From contig JAEOTB010000091.1 in the NCBI GenBank assembly GCA_016840065.1, positions 32,001 to 96,000 of the forward strand: a DNA stretch of 64,000 nt. Direction: 5' to 3'. Numbering within the stretch: the first letter of the stretch is position 1; every line of letters starts with the position of its first letter. The stretch comes from Candidatus Hermodarchaeota archaeon. GTDB taxonomy: Archaea > Asgardarchaeota > Hermodarchaeia > Hermodarchaeales > Hermodarchaeaceae. Positions 48,079 through 58,249 of the stretch are shown here, piece by piece. The position numbers and the translations under genes are program-made. The notes beneath the pieces were generated by a model. It did not search any database. It was given only the letters and a program-made list of their open reading frames with translations, and had not been told where the DNA came from.

Positions 48079-48339
48079 CTACTTCCCTTTAGGTTTTCTT
48101 GGTGGGGCTTTTGATGAGGGTGAGAGGAGTATGACGTTGTCACCGCGGAGAATGACTGTCCCTAGCTCTAGGGGCTCGCCGTCAGTGAGGTCTTGGGCTT
48201 GCTCTAGTATTAGGTTGAGGTGTTGATCATAACCGCGCAGTCGTCCGCGAAGTTTACGGTCACCCTTCAGCTTGACTAGAACTTGAGCGTTGAGTGACTT
48301 GCTAAGCAAATCCATTGGTCTTTGTCCGGTTTCTGCCAA
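48079..48339 (-). CDS. Sm-like protein (SmAP1)
   Basis: [12 protein letters not shown] (Sm1) and ILRGDNV (Sm2); precedes rpl37e. Confidence 0.93.
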   Translation of the reverse strand: MAETGQRPMDLLSKSLNAQVLVKLKGDRKLRGRLRGYDQHLNLILEQAQDLTDGEPLELGTVILRGDNVILLSPSSKAPPRKPKGK

Positions 48340-48482
48340 GTGAAAGGCTCCTATCTGGTAATCGTCAAGGGCATCCTTTAGAGACTTTAAAAACGTTGTG
48401 TAGAAATATAGTTGAAGAGTGTGTGGGAAACATCCAAAAGTAGCCTGATTCAGAAATCAGGTAAGCCTGACGGAGCGATTAT

Positions 48483-48998
48483 ATGCGGGTAAAACATCGA
48501 CATCAGCTACGAACAAAGGAACGGCGCGCGTTACAAGAACAACTCGCAGCTACTCCAACACTGTTACATAAGGAATTAGTAGGTTCCAGTGCTGGGAAAA
48601 CATCTGTTGAACGCATTGTTCTTGAGACTAAGACAGAACTGTTCCTCATCAACGAAAGACTCTGGCTTGTTCGTACAAAGGATATGGTGTATCCCTCATT
48701 ACACGCGCTTCTTGATGGCGTTGTAACATTACCCACGGTTGTTGTGGATATAGGTGCTGTACCATATATCGTGAATGGTGCGGATGTTATGGGGCCTGGC
48801 ATTGTAGGGGCTGATGATTCGATTGCTGTAGGCGATATTGTAGTTGTTATTGATCAGAAGAATCGGACGCCTATAGCAATTGGTCAAGCAAATTTTGAAG
48901 CAGACAAGATGAAGGCAAAGTCGAAAGGGCGCGCGGTTAAAGTAATTATGTATGTTGGGGATTGGCTCTGGGACCTCATGAAAAGCCTGTCAACTTGA
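48483..48998 (+). CDS. Pre-PUA/PUA RNA-binding protein (MCT-1-like)
   Basis: VVDIGAVPYIVNGADVMGPGI and YVGD motifs. Confidence 0.88.
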   Translation: MRVKHRHQLRTKERRALQEQLAATPTLLHKELVGSSAGKTSVERIVLETKTELFLINERLWLVRTKDMVYPSLHALLDGVVTLPTVVVDIGAVPYIVNGADVMGPGIVGADDSIAVGDIVVVIDQKNRTPIAIGQANFEADKMKAKSKGRAVKVIMYVGDWLWDLMKSLST

Positions 48999-49065
48999 AA
49001 GGGCGAAGGTTTTTCAGGGAAGGCTTCGTTGTTGCCGCATTAGATTCCACTTAGAGGACAACGTC

Positions 49066-49446
49066 ATGGGATTTTTTCGAAGGAAAAGCAAGAACAAAAC
49101 CGCGTTAGAAGAGAGTGCAGAGCCTACGGTTGATGGAGGAGCACACTCACAGATGTTCGTGATGTACAAGGAACTTACGAGTCTTGCTGATGTATCATCA
49201 ATCTCTGAGGAGGTTCGGAGAGGAAATGTGGTTATCCTAGATATTGAGCCATTGACTAAGGGCGCTTCAGATTCTATGACACAACTGAAACGTGCCGTAG
49301 ACCAGTTACGTGCAATTTGTTACAGTATTGGTGGAGATATCGGGCAGCTTGGTAAACGATACATACTCCTCACGCCAACTGCTGTTAGAATTTTCCGAAA
49401 ACCTCAAGGGGTAGCCACCAGTCATCAGTCACCTAGTGATAGTTGA
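49066..49446 (+). CDS. sepF: Cell-division protein SepF
   Basis: GNVVILDI, GGDI and ILLTP motifs; amphipathic MGFFRRK N-terminus. Confidence 0.8.
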   Translation: MGFFRRKSKNKTALEESAEPTVDGGAHSQMFVMYKELTSLADVSSISEEVRRGNVVILDIEPLTKGASDSMTQLKRAVDQLRAICYSIGGDIGQLGKRYILLTPTAVRIFRKPQGVATSHQSPSDS

Positions 49447-49461
49447 ACGGGACAGAAGCAA

Positions 49462-50544
49462 ATGAAGAAGGTTTGCATCCGAGTTGAACGTAGTTTCGGT
49501 GAACAGCTACGATTACTTCTATTAGATTTAGAATTACTGGATTCCGATTACCCAATCACTCTAGAAGGTCAACACCTTATTCTACCCTTACGATTCCGAA
49601 TAGAAGATTCGGTGCTTTCTAAGCTACAACACCAAACGACGTCTCTAACCCTCGTAGAGAAGGAACTCGCACTCCAGAAGCATAGGCCAACAAACCTGAC
49701 TGAGATATTACAAGATATAGTTCCAGCAGATGTCCTACCGAAGATACCGCACTCCCTTGACATCATCGGAGATATCGCGATTGTTGAGTTAGATGAGGAG
49801 CTAACACCATTCGCGCAGGAGATTGGTAAGGGACTCCTGTTAGTACACAGAAATGTGGCTGCTGTTTATTCAAAAGCGGGAATCATATCCGGACCCCACC
49901 GAGTTCGCGCGCTAAGTCACATAGCAGGCGAAGTACGCACAAAAACTGTGCACGTTGAGTATGGAATTCGGATTGTAGTCGATGTCGCAGACACCTATTT
50001 TAGTCCACGATTATCCACAGAACACAACCGTGTTTCAGAACTTGTTCAGTCAAGTGAAAAGATTCTAGATATGTTCACAGGTGTTGGACCCTTCGCTCTA
50101 CTTGCGGCAAAAAGACAGCCAGTCACTGTTTTTGCAATCGATATAAACGAGCATGCCATAAGGTGTTTGAACAAGAGCCTTGAACTCAATAAATTAGCTG
50201 GCGAAGTAATACCAATACTAGGTGATTGTAGACCGGTAGTGCAAGAGAAACTCTGTGGAAAAGCTGACCGTATTATTATGAACCTTCCCCACGATTCTAT
50301 CATGTTTCTAGATACCGCTGCCATAGCAGCAAAACCTACTGGGGCAGTCATTCATTTCTACACAATTACTTCAGAAGAGAATCCCTTGGAGAAACAAAGG
50401 AACGAGGTATTGGCTTTGCTATCTAGTTATGGAGCAGTAAGCAACATTGTTAATACTCGTCAAGTTAGACAAACTGCACCTTATGAATCCCAAGTGGTAT
50501 TTGATATTCAAGTAGAGGGAACAGAAACAACTAGCGTTATCTGA
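49462..50544 (+). CDS. trm5: Trm5-family tRNA methyltransferase
   Basis: DIIGDIAI, YFSPRL, DMFTGVGPF and IMNLP motifs. Confidence 0.88.
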   Translation: MKKVCIRVERSFGEQLRLLLLDLELLDSDYPITLEGQHLILPLRFRIEDSVLSKLQHQTTSLTLVEKELALQKHRPTNLTEILQDIVPADVLPKIPHSLDIIGDIAIVELDEELTPFAQEIGKGLLLVHRNVAAVYSKAGIISGPHRVRALSHIAGEVRTKTVHVEYGIRIVVDVADTYFSPRLSTEHNRVSELVQSSEKILDMFTGVGPFALLAAKRQPVTVFAIDINEHAIRCLNKSLELNKLAGEVIPILGDCRPVVQEKLCGKADRIIMNLPHDSIMFLDTAAIAAKPTGAVIHFYTITSEENPLEKQRNEVLALLSSYGAVSNIVNTRQVRQTAPYESQVVFDIQVEGTETTSVI

Positions 50545-50960
50545 AGCAGTGCAGAAGGATTAATGAGTTCTTGTACTAGTTTTCTGTTTATAGAACCCGC
50601 GGCTTTATCGCATCGAATGGCTATTGTTCTGTCATCTATGTGTGTACTTGTTCGCCAAACTAGTGCAATGGGTGCTTGAAGTGTTAAATCAGGTGACCCA
50701 AAACCCTGAACTACATCCGTTACCTCACCTACCGAGAGATGTGTCACAACTCTACTTCCTGGTTGTCGTAATATCCAACCTAAGGCTGAGTCGACGTTAC
50801 GCACTGAGTGGGAGGCGCCTACACCCAATATACAATCGCCACGTGGTGACAAAAAATGCTCAGTTGTAACCTCTAAAGTAGATCGGTGAGTTGAACGTAC
50901 ATTGGGGTGACCATGAGCAGTGAAAATGAACGTATAACTATCAGGAGAGCACACAGACAA
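50508..50960 (-). CDS. DUF371-family protein
   Basis: GHPNVRSTHRSTLE and GDCILGV motifs. Confidence 0.85.
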   Translation of the reverse strand: MSVCSPDSYTFIFTAHGHPNVRSTHRSTLEVTTEHFLSPRGDCILGVGASHSVRNVDSALGWILRQPGSRVVTHLSVGEVTDVVQGFGSPDLTLQAPIALVWRTSTHIDDRTIAIRCDKAAGSINRKLVQELINPSALLQITLVVSVPST

Positions 50961-51007
50961 ATAATATACAAGACATCTATTATATCTTGATGAGTGCTTA
51001 GCGCGAC

Positions 51008-51724
51008 TTGATTAACGGTCAAAAAGGTGTTATCGTGTCAGAGCAATCAGGGGACCTCGCAACAGAAAAGGAGGCTACTTTGAAGAGGCTCCTTGCAAAT
51101 GGGTACGTTTCAAGTCCTGAAGTAATGAGAGCCTATCGCGTTGTACCCCGTGAACTTTTCATCCCAGAGCGTCTCCGAAATAAGGCATATGTTGATCACC
51201 CATTACCTATAGGCGAGAGGCAGACAATATCGGCTATTCACATGTGCTTGATTTATCTTGAGCATCTTCAGTTAGAAAAAGGACTGAAAGTACTAGAGGT
51301 TGGTGCAGGATCTGGGTACCATGCAGCCCTCTGTGCGGAGATAGTGTCACCCACCGGAGAGCCGCTTTCTGGCCATGTTTACACAATCGAAAGAAAAGCT
51401 AAACTGGTTGACTTTGCAAGAAACAACCTAGATGCATCAGGTTACAGTGATAGGGTTACGGTGATTCTTGCAGACGGAACTTTAGGTTACCCGCCTGAAG
51501 CACCTTACGACAGAATTATGGTAGCAGCCGCTGGTCCTAAGACACCCCCAGCTCTAATCAATCAACTGGCAGATGGTGGACGACTGCTAATTCCCGTGGG
51601 TCGAAGAACCTACTATCAGCAGCTTAGACTTGTCGAAAAGGACCAAGAAGGAAAAACCCATAGTAAGGGGTTGATGGGAGTAGCTTTTGTTCCACTGATT
51701 GGAAAAGAAGGATGGTCGGAATAG
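51008..51724 (+). CDS. pcm: Protein-L-isoaspartate O-methyltransferase
   Basis: QTISA, VLEVGAGSGY, APYDRI and FVPL motifs. Confidence 0.93.
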   Translation: MINGQKGVIVSEQSGDLATEKEATLKRLLANGYVSSPEVMRAYRVVPRELFIPERLRNKAYVDHPLPIGERQTISAIHMCLIYLEHLQLEKGLKVLEVGAGSGYHAALCAEIVSPTGEPLSGHVYTIERKAKLVDFARNNLDASGYSDRVTVILADGTLGYPPEAPYDRIMVAAAGPKTPPALINQLADGGRLLIPVGRRTYYQQLRLVEKDQEGKTHSKGLMGVAFVPLIGKEGWSE

Positions 51725-51726
51725 AT

Positions 51727-52917
51727 CTACTTATTCTTACGAAGCTTAGCAATGAAATAGCCAGGAAGATTGTGGACATCAGGATAGAATCGCTGTACCA
51801 AACGTCTAACCTGCGTATCACCACCTATCCCCTCTGCTCCTCGAATTATATTCTGTGGTACTAGTGTGAAACCTTTCTCAGTAAGAAGATATACGATATT
51901 CCGTTCGTTTTCCTCCCAAGATAGCGTACATGTCGAGTAGACCAAGACTCCCCCAGGGCGAAGCGTTTCAACTGCTGAATCAAGAATCATCTGCTGGTAA
52001 TTGGCGGTGCTACGAATGCGTGCTAGCGTAGTAGTGTCGAAAAGTTTGGGTCGAACACCAAGTGCCGTGCAGGGTGGGTCCACAATAACTCTGTCAGCAC
52101 TGATGTCTCGATGTTCTGAAAGAAATTTCTTCGCGCGCCCAACAAAGGGCTGAACACATTTGACTCCAAGCCGGTTCGCTTCTTCTCCAAGGCGTTCGAG
52201 ACGGCGAGTTGATCTGTCCACTGCTATGATTCGGCATTGATTTTCTACAAGTTGGGCGATGTGGGTGGTCTTGCCACCAGGAGCAGCACAGAAATCGATG
52301 ATTATCTCATTTGGTTGGGGATTGAGAATCGGTCCCACAAGAATAGCTGGATAGGATTGAGAATAAAAGAGCCCCGTTTTATATGCCTCTAAATCAACAA
52401 GACTAGGAAGGTTGTAGAAGGAATCAGTAATCTTAACTACGAGACCGCGTTTTAATTCATGCAATTCTGCACTATCAATGGAAGCAACGCCACTACCCAC
52501 AAGGTGTCCACGGGGATTAACCACAGTAACAGCGTCACCAGCACGAAATCTGTTGAACCTGCGAACCCCTGGTCGAAACAGATTACTACCCAAAAGGATG
52601 TTCTCTGAACTCGGTTTATCCGCGACAATTATTTTTTCATGACGTGGTACAGGACCCCTCTTTTGAATAGGTATTGCAACCACATCCAAGGAAGAGTCGT
52701 AGACCTGACATTCAACACCATCCTCTGCCAGTGAGGCGATAAGCTCCTTGCTAGTTGCACGCAAAGTGTTTGTCCTAAGAAAGAAAAACGCGCCGGGGTT
52801 ACATAAAGCGGCTCCCAGCGCCGAAGTACGAGGCGCTCCGAATAGATCAATGAAGTATCGCTCTAACACTGTACTAAATTGGGTAGAGGACGGAGGGTCT
52901 ACAATGTTATCATTCAA
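51727..52917 (-). CDS. NSUN6-like RNA m5C methyltransferase with PUA domain
   Basis: DFCAAPGGKT, DPPCTALG.RP and YSTCT motifs; PUA segment. Confidence 0.85.
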   Translation of the reverse strand: MNDNIVDPPSSTQFSTVLERYFIDLFGAPRTSALGAALCNPGAFFFLRTNTLRATSKELIASLAEDGVECQVYDSSLDVVAIPIQKRGPVPRHEKIIVADKPSSENILLGSNLFRPGVRRFNRFRAGDAVTVVNPRGHLVGSGVASIDSAELHELKRGLVVKITDSFYNLPSLVDLEAYKTGLFYSQSYPAILVGPILNPQPNEIIIDFCAAPGGKTTHIAQLVENQCRIIAVDRSTRRLERLGEEANRLGVKCVQPFVGRAKKFLSEHRDISADRVIVDPPCTALGVRPKLFDTTTLARIRSTANYQQMILDSAVETLRPGGVLVYSTCTLSWEENERNIVYLLTEKGFTLVPQNIIRGAEGIGGDTQVRRLVQRFYPDVHNLPGYFIAKLRKNK

Positions 52918-52973
52918 GTTCTGTAATACTCCTATGCGGAGAATATTCCACTAATGAACAGCATAACTTTTTT

Positions 52974-53879
52974 CTATAGATAGAATGTGCCGTCTGCTAC
53001 TAGCTTCACCTTTCCTGAAACCAAAACCCCTTCCATTTCTTCACCCCAAACAACTTCGGACACTAACTGACTGGGCCTTCGAATCTCATAGCCTTGTTCT
53101 ATGATGATAGGTTTTCCTTTCTCTTTCCTTGATAGGACTTTATGATGTTCTATATACGCTGCAAGGGGACCTGCCGCACTTCCAGTTGCGGGATCTTCGA
53201 CAACACCAACCTCAGGGGCGAAAAACCTTGCATGAACATCCGAATCCCTATTCACAGTTTCAGTGCAGAAGATGAGCACATTTCGTGATGGGAACCCCTC
53301 TAATCCTTCGAGAATCCCCTGAGAATCCGGTTGCGCTCTTTGAACTGCAGCCAGGGAAGTAACAGGGACTATCAGTTTGTGTGACCCAGTCGAAACATAC
53401 TGTATTGGATAATCAGTCTCAATATCTGATTTTGCTAGCCCTAGGAGTTCGGCGATAGTTTTCCTATCATCCAACTTCTGTAAAAATTCTGGACGCGGTT
53501 GTGACATTCGAACTACATCATCAGACAAGAACTCAACAGATATTGCACCTATGCCTAATTCCAATAATGCCTCTTTCATATTTGGTTCTAATAGATGCTT
53601 GTATCTTAGGACATAGGCTGTACCTAAAGTAGGATGACCGGCAAAGGGCAGCTCTCTAGCAGGTGTGAAAATCCTAACCTTAACATTACACCCCGATAGC
53701 TCAGGTAGAGAGATGAAAGTTGTTTCTGAGAAATTCATCTCCAAGGCAATGCCCTGCATGTTCTCCGTATCTAGGCTACAGTTACTCGCAGCATCCCAGA
53801 ATGTCGCAAGTTGATTTCCACCAAAAGAATACCTAGGATCTACAAAGACACTTGTTTGAATGTAAGGAAGCGCAACCAT
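52974..53879 (-). CDS. PhzF-family epimerase/isomerase
   Basis: GN, SETTF, ELPFAGHPT and EDPATGSA motifs. Confidence 0.92.
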   Translation of the reverse strand: MVALPYIQTSVFVDPRYSFGGNQLATFWDAASNCSLDTENMQGIALEMNFSETTFISLPELSGCNVKVRIFTPARELPFAGHPTLGTAYVLRYKHLLEPNMKEALLELGIGAISVEFLSDDVVRMSQPRPEFLQKLDDRKTIAELLGLAKSDIETDYPIQYVSTGSHKLIVPVTSLAAVQRAQPDSQGILEGLEGFPSRNVLIFCTETVNRDSDVHARFFAPEVGVVEDPATGSAAGPLAAYIEHHKVLSRKEKGKPIIIEQGYEIRRPSQLVSEVVWGEEMEGVLVSGKVKLVADGTFYL

Positions 53880-53980
53880 GATGAAAGGAACAGTAGAAGA
53901 GATATTTCAAACTACTTATCCATGCTTCATGACTGTCCTCAGCATTATCCGTACTAATTGGTAGAAGTTGTGTATGCATC

Positions 53981-55096
53981 TCAGAAGAAATCAGAGAGCG
54001 CCAATTGACCTTGCTTTGAAAGTAGATTGGACACCTTGACTCCAATAAGACGCAGCCACCTATCTGGAAGCCGATTCTCTTTATAGAGCTGCAAGGCGAC
54101 ACAACACAAAACCGATTCTTCATCAGTACCCACTTTCAAAGTTCTACTTCGTTGAACTGTAGAGAAATCACTATATCGAATTTTTACTGTGACCGTTCGA
54201 AAGCGGAGGGATTTTGCCTGGAGTTTCTTCCATATCCGTTTGCAGATATCATCTAATGTTCCATAGAGGGGGGCAATCGATGAGGTATCAATATCTTCCA
54301 TAAAGGTACGGTCCTTACTGATTGACTTGCGTCTTCTCGGTCCACTCCGTTTCAGTGGACGCCCATCAATACCAAAAGCTCGATTACGCAACCATTTGGC
54401 GCCCTTTACACCCATAATTGGGTACAGGTCCGTAAGAGGCATACGTTGAATCTGACCAAGAGTAGTTATTCCATATTTTCCCAACCGCTGGGCGGTCACT
54501 CGCCCGATGCCATTTACGACCCTCACATCTAGCGGAGCAAGAAACTCAGCAATCGCGACCGAATCTTGGGGAACAAGTGTAATACCCATTGGCTTGTTGA
54601 TTCCTGTTGCAATCTTGGCTACTGCCATATTTGGTGCGACACCTATCGAGCAAGGTAGCTTAGTTGTTTCTCGGATTGCTTGCTGAATCTCCTTTGCTAA
54701 AGGCTCAGGCCCTCCACATACAAGCGCCCTCCTAGTTACATCTATGTAAGCTTCGTCAATACTTGCCCGCCGCACCCGTTCATCATCGGCAAACTCTTCA
54801 AGAACTCCCATAATCTCATCCGAGGCTTCGATATAATTAGAGAAATCACCCCGCACAAATACAGCATCAGGACATAATCGATACGCCTCGGTCACAGGCA
54901 TACCAGACCGAATCCCATAATCACGTGCCTCATAGGAGGCAGCCCGCACAACCCCTCGACCCCGCCCCTCCCTAGGGTCATGCCCAACACACACTGGGAG
55001 CCCAACCAACTCTGGATTGACCCGAAACTGCTCAACCGACGCATAGAACGCGTCCATGTCCACATGCATTACCCATCGAGACATCGAAACGACCAA
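53981..55096 (-). CDS. dinB: Y-family DNA polymerase IV
   Basis: HVDMDAFYASVE, ASYEAR and SIDEAY motifs. Confidence 0.95.
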   Translation of the reverse strand: MVVSMSRWVMHVDMDAFYASVEQFRVNPELVGLPVCVGHDPREGRGRGVVRAASYEARDYGIRSGMPVTEAYRLCPDAVFVRGDFSNYIEASDEIMGVLEEFADDERVRRASIDEAYIDVTRRALVCGGPEPLAKEIQQAIRETTKLPCSIGVAPNMAVAKIATGINKPMGITLVPQDSVAIAEFLAPLDVRVVNGIGRVTAQRLGKYGITTLGQIQRMPLTDLYPIMGVKGAKWLRNRAFGIDGRPLKRSGPRRRKSISKDRTFMEDIDTSSIAPLYGTLDDICKRIWKKLQAKSLRFRTVTVKIRYSDFSTVQRSRTLKVGTDEESVLCCVALQLYKENRLPDRWLRLIGVKVSNLLSKQGQLALSDFF

Positions 55097-55281
55097 CGAA
55101 TCGTTCCTATTCTAACATCGGCTACCACAAAAGGTGGATAAATAGGGACAGAGACTACCAGCGAAGTGAGATACATAGGATTATTGAATGGTATGGCTTC
55201 AAGACACCAAGACCCGTTGCTCAAAACAAATATGCAGGGATCTACGCCTCAACTGCTACAGGAATACTGGAGAGTGATGTT

Positions 55282-55911
55282 ATGAAAGAGTTGATTTTAG
55301 TTCGCCATGGTCAATCAGAACACAATATCAAAGGCCTGACAGGGGGCTGGATTGACACACCCCTTACACCTCAAGGGCGCCGACAAGCCGCTGCTACAGC
55401 TCACAGGCTAGCGACGCTAATCCAGAATAAGTCACCTAGCTTCTATTGCAGTGACTTCATTCGCGCCAAGAAGACAGCAGACATCATTGGCGAAATACTT
55501 AGGATAACCCCGACAGCGACGGAAGAATTGCGAGAGCTCAACTGGGGTGTTGCCAAAGACATGACCCTTGATGCGGCGCGTCACCTTGAGTTACCGATGA
55601 CAGAGCCACTTATTGACTGGATCGCTTTCCCTGAAGCAGAAACACGTCGCCAACTCTACCAGCGAATCACCCAGTTCCTAGAAAAACTCGACACCAGTAA
55701 CCGTGATTGTATACTCATCGTCAGCCACGGCAATGCTATCAAAGTCATTATTCAATGGTGGCTCGAACTCACAGAGCCCCAGCAATCACTCATTGACTTC
55801 GATATCGCACCCTGCAGTATCACTCATCTCTACATCAACGATTGGGACCAAAAAACCATCGCTGAACTCAATACCACAGGACATCTCGATGCTTCATCCA
55901 ACAATGAGTAG
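55282..55911 (+). CDS. Histidine phosphatase family protein
   Basis: LVRHG and VSHG motifs. Confidence 0.92.
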   Translation: MKELILVRHGQSEHNIKGLTGGWIDTPLTPQGRRQAAATAHRLATLIQNKSPSFYCSDFIRAKKTADIIGEILRITPTATEELRELNWGVAKDMTLDAARHLELPMTEPLIDWIAFPEAETRRQLYQRITQFLEKLDTSNRDCILIVSHGNAIKVIIQWWLELTEPQQSLIDFDIAPCSITHLYINDWDQKTIAELNTTGHLDASSNNE

Positions 55912-55976
55912 CCGTTTGACATCATGAAACAATGAATTACCCATAGCAAGCCAACGGCTTACCACAAAATCGGTGA

Positions 55977-56855
55977 TCAGATATCCTCGACCTTCTCAAT
56001 AGGAACCCAGCCGAATTGTCCCCCAGTAGTTGCACACCAAATCCAACCAAGTACTTCCCTAATGAAGAACAGTCTGTCCCCAGTTGTTACATCTAGTTCT
56101 GTCGAGTTATAATTAACAAGTAACACACCTAAACCTCTTTGATTTTCAAAGAAGGGTTGAGGAACCCAGTCACTAACACCCTCTCTGCTTGTGCACCAGA
56201 ACCATCCACCTCTTTCTGAATCTTCTGCCCCCACCTCCACAACATCACCAGCTCTCACAATCAGAGCGGGAGAATGTTCGGATTTGTGTCCCTTTACAAC
56301 GCGCAGACTACGTCTACACATACCTAGTAACTGCTGACGTATAGGAAGACTACTTGGAGACGTGAAGGGCTGCACAGAAAGTTGTATGATTCGGTAATCA
56401 TGGAATTCATGAGCAGCAACCCTAAGGAGCTCGCTAGTGTTCTCGACAAGGTGCATAAGAACTACGTACTTGCCTTCTTGCCGAAGTTGACGCACTGCTG
56501 GTTCGAAATCCGAATCCCCAGTCACGACTATGTAAACATCTGCATCATAGCGCATCATATCAACTATCATCTGTGTGTCTACGATCGAACGTTTGTAACC
56601 ATTTGTTGAGACATATCGGGGTTCAAATCCTGCTCTCCGCATACGTATTTCTACTGGAGGATTAGCTTGAGCCAAATATACACGCGCTAAAGTTACTTGT
56701 CCGTATAGTCTCGCGAAGAATTGAATATAGGAATACTCTACAATTGAATAGCCAGCCTGCCTCAATGAAAGATATAGATTATCATTATCAACAAATATAG
56801 CCACTCGACGTGATTTACTACGAGTAACTGTCGATAGTGCCTTTGCTTTTTTCAT
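55977..56855 (-). CDS. NYN (LabA/DUF88) nuclease domain fused to two SH3-like domains
   Basis: IFVDNDN, VDTQM and TGDSDF (NYN); GWFWC...WVP and GWIWC...GWVP (SH3 x2); ATG overlaps upstream TAA (TAATG) behind GGAGG. Confidence 0.8.
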   Translation of the reverse strand: MKKAKALSTVTRSKSRRVAIFVDNDNLYLSLRQAGYSIVEYSYIQFFARLYGQVTLARVYLAQANPPVEIRMRRAGFEPRYVSTNGYKRSIVDTQMIVDMMRYDADVYIVVTGDSDFEPAVRQLRQEGKYVVLMHLVENTSELLRVAAHEFHDYRIIQLSVQPFTSPSSLPIRQQLLGMCRRSLRVVKGHKSEHSPALIVRAGDVVEVGAEDSERGGWFWCTSREGVSDWVPQPFFENQRGLGVLLVNYNSTELDVTTGDRLFFIREVLGWIWCATTGGQFGWVPIEKVEDI

Positions 56856-58096
56856 TAGTTTCCTCCCCTCTCGATAAGCGCCTCTAATGAACCAGTGCCA
56901 AATGCCTCCCAAGCCGCCAAAACGATTTCAGGTAGATTGAAGGAAACTACTTGACTTTTGCCACCCATCAATAACCTAAGTGAATCAATACCATAACGAA
57001 TTATTTTCCCTCGCCGTGTTAATATCGCCAAACTATTCGTTAATTCTTGAACTTCTTTGTACTCTTCCTGAGATAGAGCTACATCCAGCTGCTCTTTCAC
57101 TTTCTCAGTTTCATCCTTAAACATCCTAAGAATTTTGATTATGAAGTTCTCCCACCCCTTTTGATTTCTTTTTGCTGGAATTTCTACTCCATTGAAGAAC
57201 ACTTCTTTTGATTCTAGGAGCGCTATCTTTCCCGAAAGTAGGTTCATCTTGAACCAACTGGGCTTTTCCTCCCTAAAGGGTAGGTTGAGAATTATCAATA
57301 GTTGTTCTAACTTGTCTTGGCCAAAGACCTCATTTAATTCGTCTTGTGCAGCAATTGCTCTGTGATCCTTGTTCAAGGGCCCCCAAGCCATGAACCGGAA
57401 ATTAAATTCCAATGACAAATCCGAGTTACTTCTCACCAACTCAGCTTGTAGATGTTCGGGGTAAGTTTCGTGAAGGCATCTAATTGTGACTTCATCAGGT
57501 ATTCGTGTTTGGGCGAGGAGCTTTCGTGTTTCTTCCTCAAACCCTGCTATGCTACCCTTCCTGAGAGTAGATTCAATTATCTCTTCGATACATGCCTCCC
57601 AGAGAGTCAGTGACATCTCTGGAAAATAAGGCATCTGTAGTCTAAGCGTTTGAGCGCGGTCCTTTACGTCCTGTTTTCTCCATTCCTTTAGAGCATCTTC
57701 AACTTCTCTGAGCTTCTCGGTAGGATATTGACTGGATTCAGATGTTGAGTTTAGGTTTCTCAGAATTTGCTCTAATTCTGATGCCATGAAACTCCGTATT
57801 AGTTCAGTAAAGGTTGTTCTTTCCTCGGATGCCCGTTTTACTAACCAAAGATAGGAGGGGAATGATACTCGAAACGATTTTGTGACATACTTTGCTGAAG
57901 GCAGATAGGTCTGTGATAAGGCTCTCGCGAATTCCTTTGCTTCAACGTATCGCTCTTCAGAAATCAGTTCCTTAAGTCGCTCTTTTGCTTCGCCCCTAGA
58001 AAATACCCAAAACTTCCTTGACCCTGCTTCTACTGGTACTCCGTCCTTGAGCCAGGCGAGGAATTGGGCAGCTCTCTCAGATAATGGCTCTTGCAT
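56855..58096 (-). CDS. Hypothetical 413-aa protein with RHH-like segment and UVR-like helices
   Basis: ORF track; aa 71-107 TKSFRVS...LVKRASEERTTFTELIRSFM. Confidence 0.6.
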   Translation of the reverse strand: MQEPLSERAAQFLAWLKDGVPVEAGSRKFWVFSRGEAKERLKELISEERYVEAKEFARALSQTYLPSAKYVTKSFRVSFPSYLWLVKRASEERTTFTELIRSFMASELEQILRNLNSTSESSQYPTEKLREVEDALKEWRKQDVKDRAQTLRLQMPYFPEMSLTLWEACIEEIIESTLRKGSIAGFEEETRKLLAQTRIPDEVTIRCLHETYPEHLQAELVRSNSDLSLEFNFRFMAWGPLNKDHRAIAAQDELNEVFGQDKLEQLLIILNLPFREEKPSWFKMNLLSGKIALLESKEVFFNGVEIPAKRNQKGWENFIIKILRMFKDETEKVKEQLDVALSQEEYKEVQELTNSLAILTRRGKIIRYGIDSLRLLMGGKSQVVSFNLPEIVLAAWEAFGTGSLEALIERGGN

Positions 58097-58249
58097 ATAA
58101 CGCGCCTACAAATTGTTGTAAATATTCATTTATAAATATATGTAAATCATATATTTTATGATTGTAAATTATCTCTTAACTGTGCCCCCCTCAAAAGAAG
58201 TATATGAAAAAGCGAAAGCTTCTAACAGAACAACAAAGTAAGCTCCAGT

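Noticed and set aside
52974-53879. Phenazine biosynthesis
   Set aside because: Lone PhzF-family gene without other phz genes; the family is widespread with other functions.
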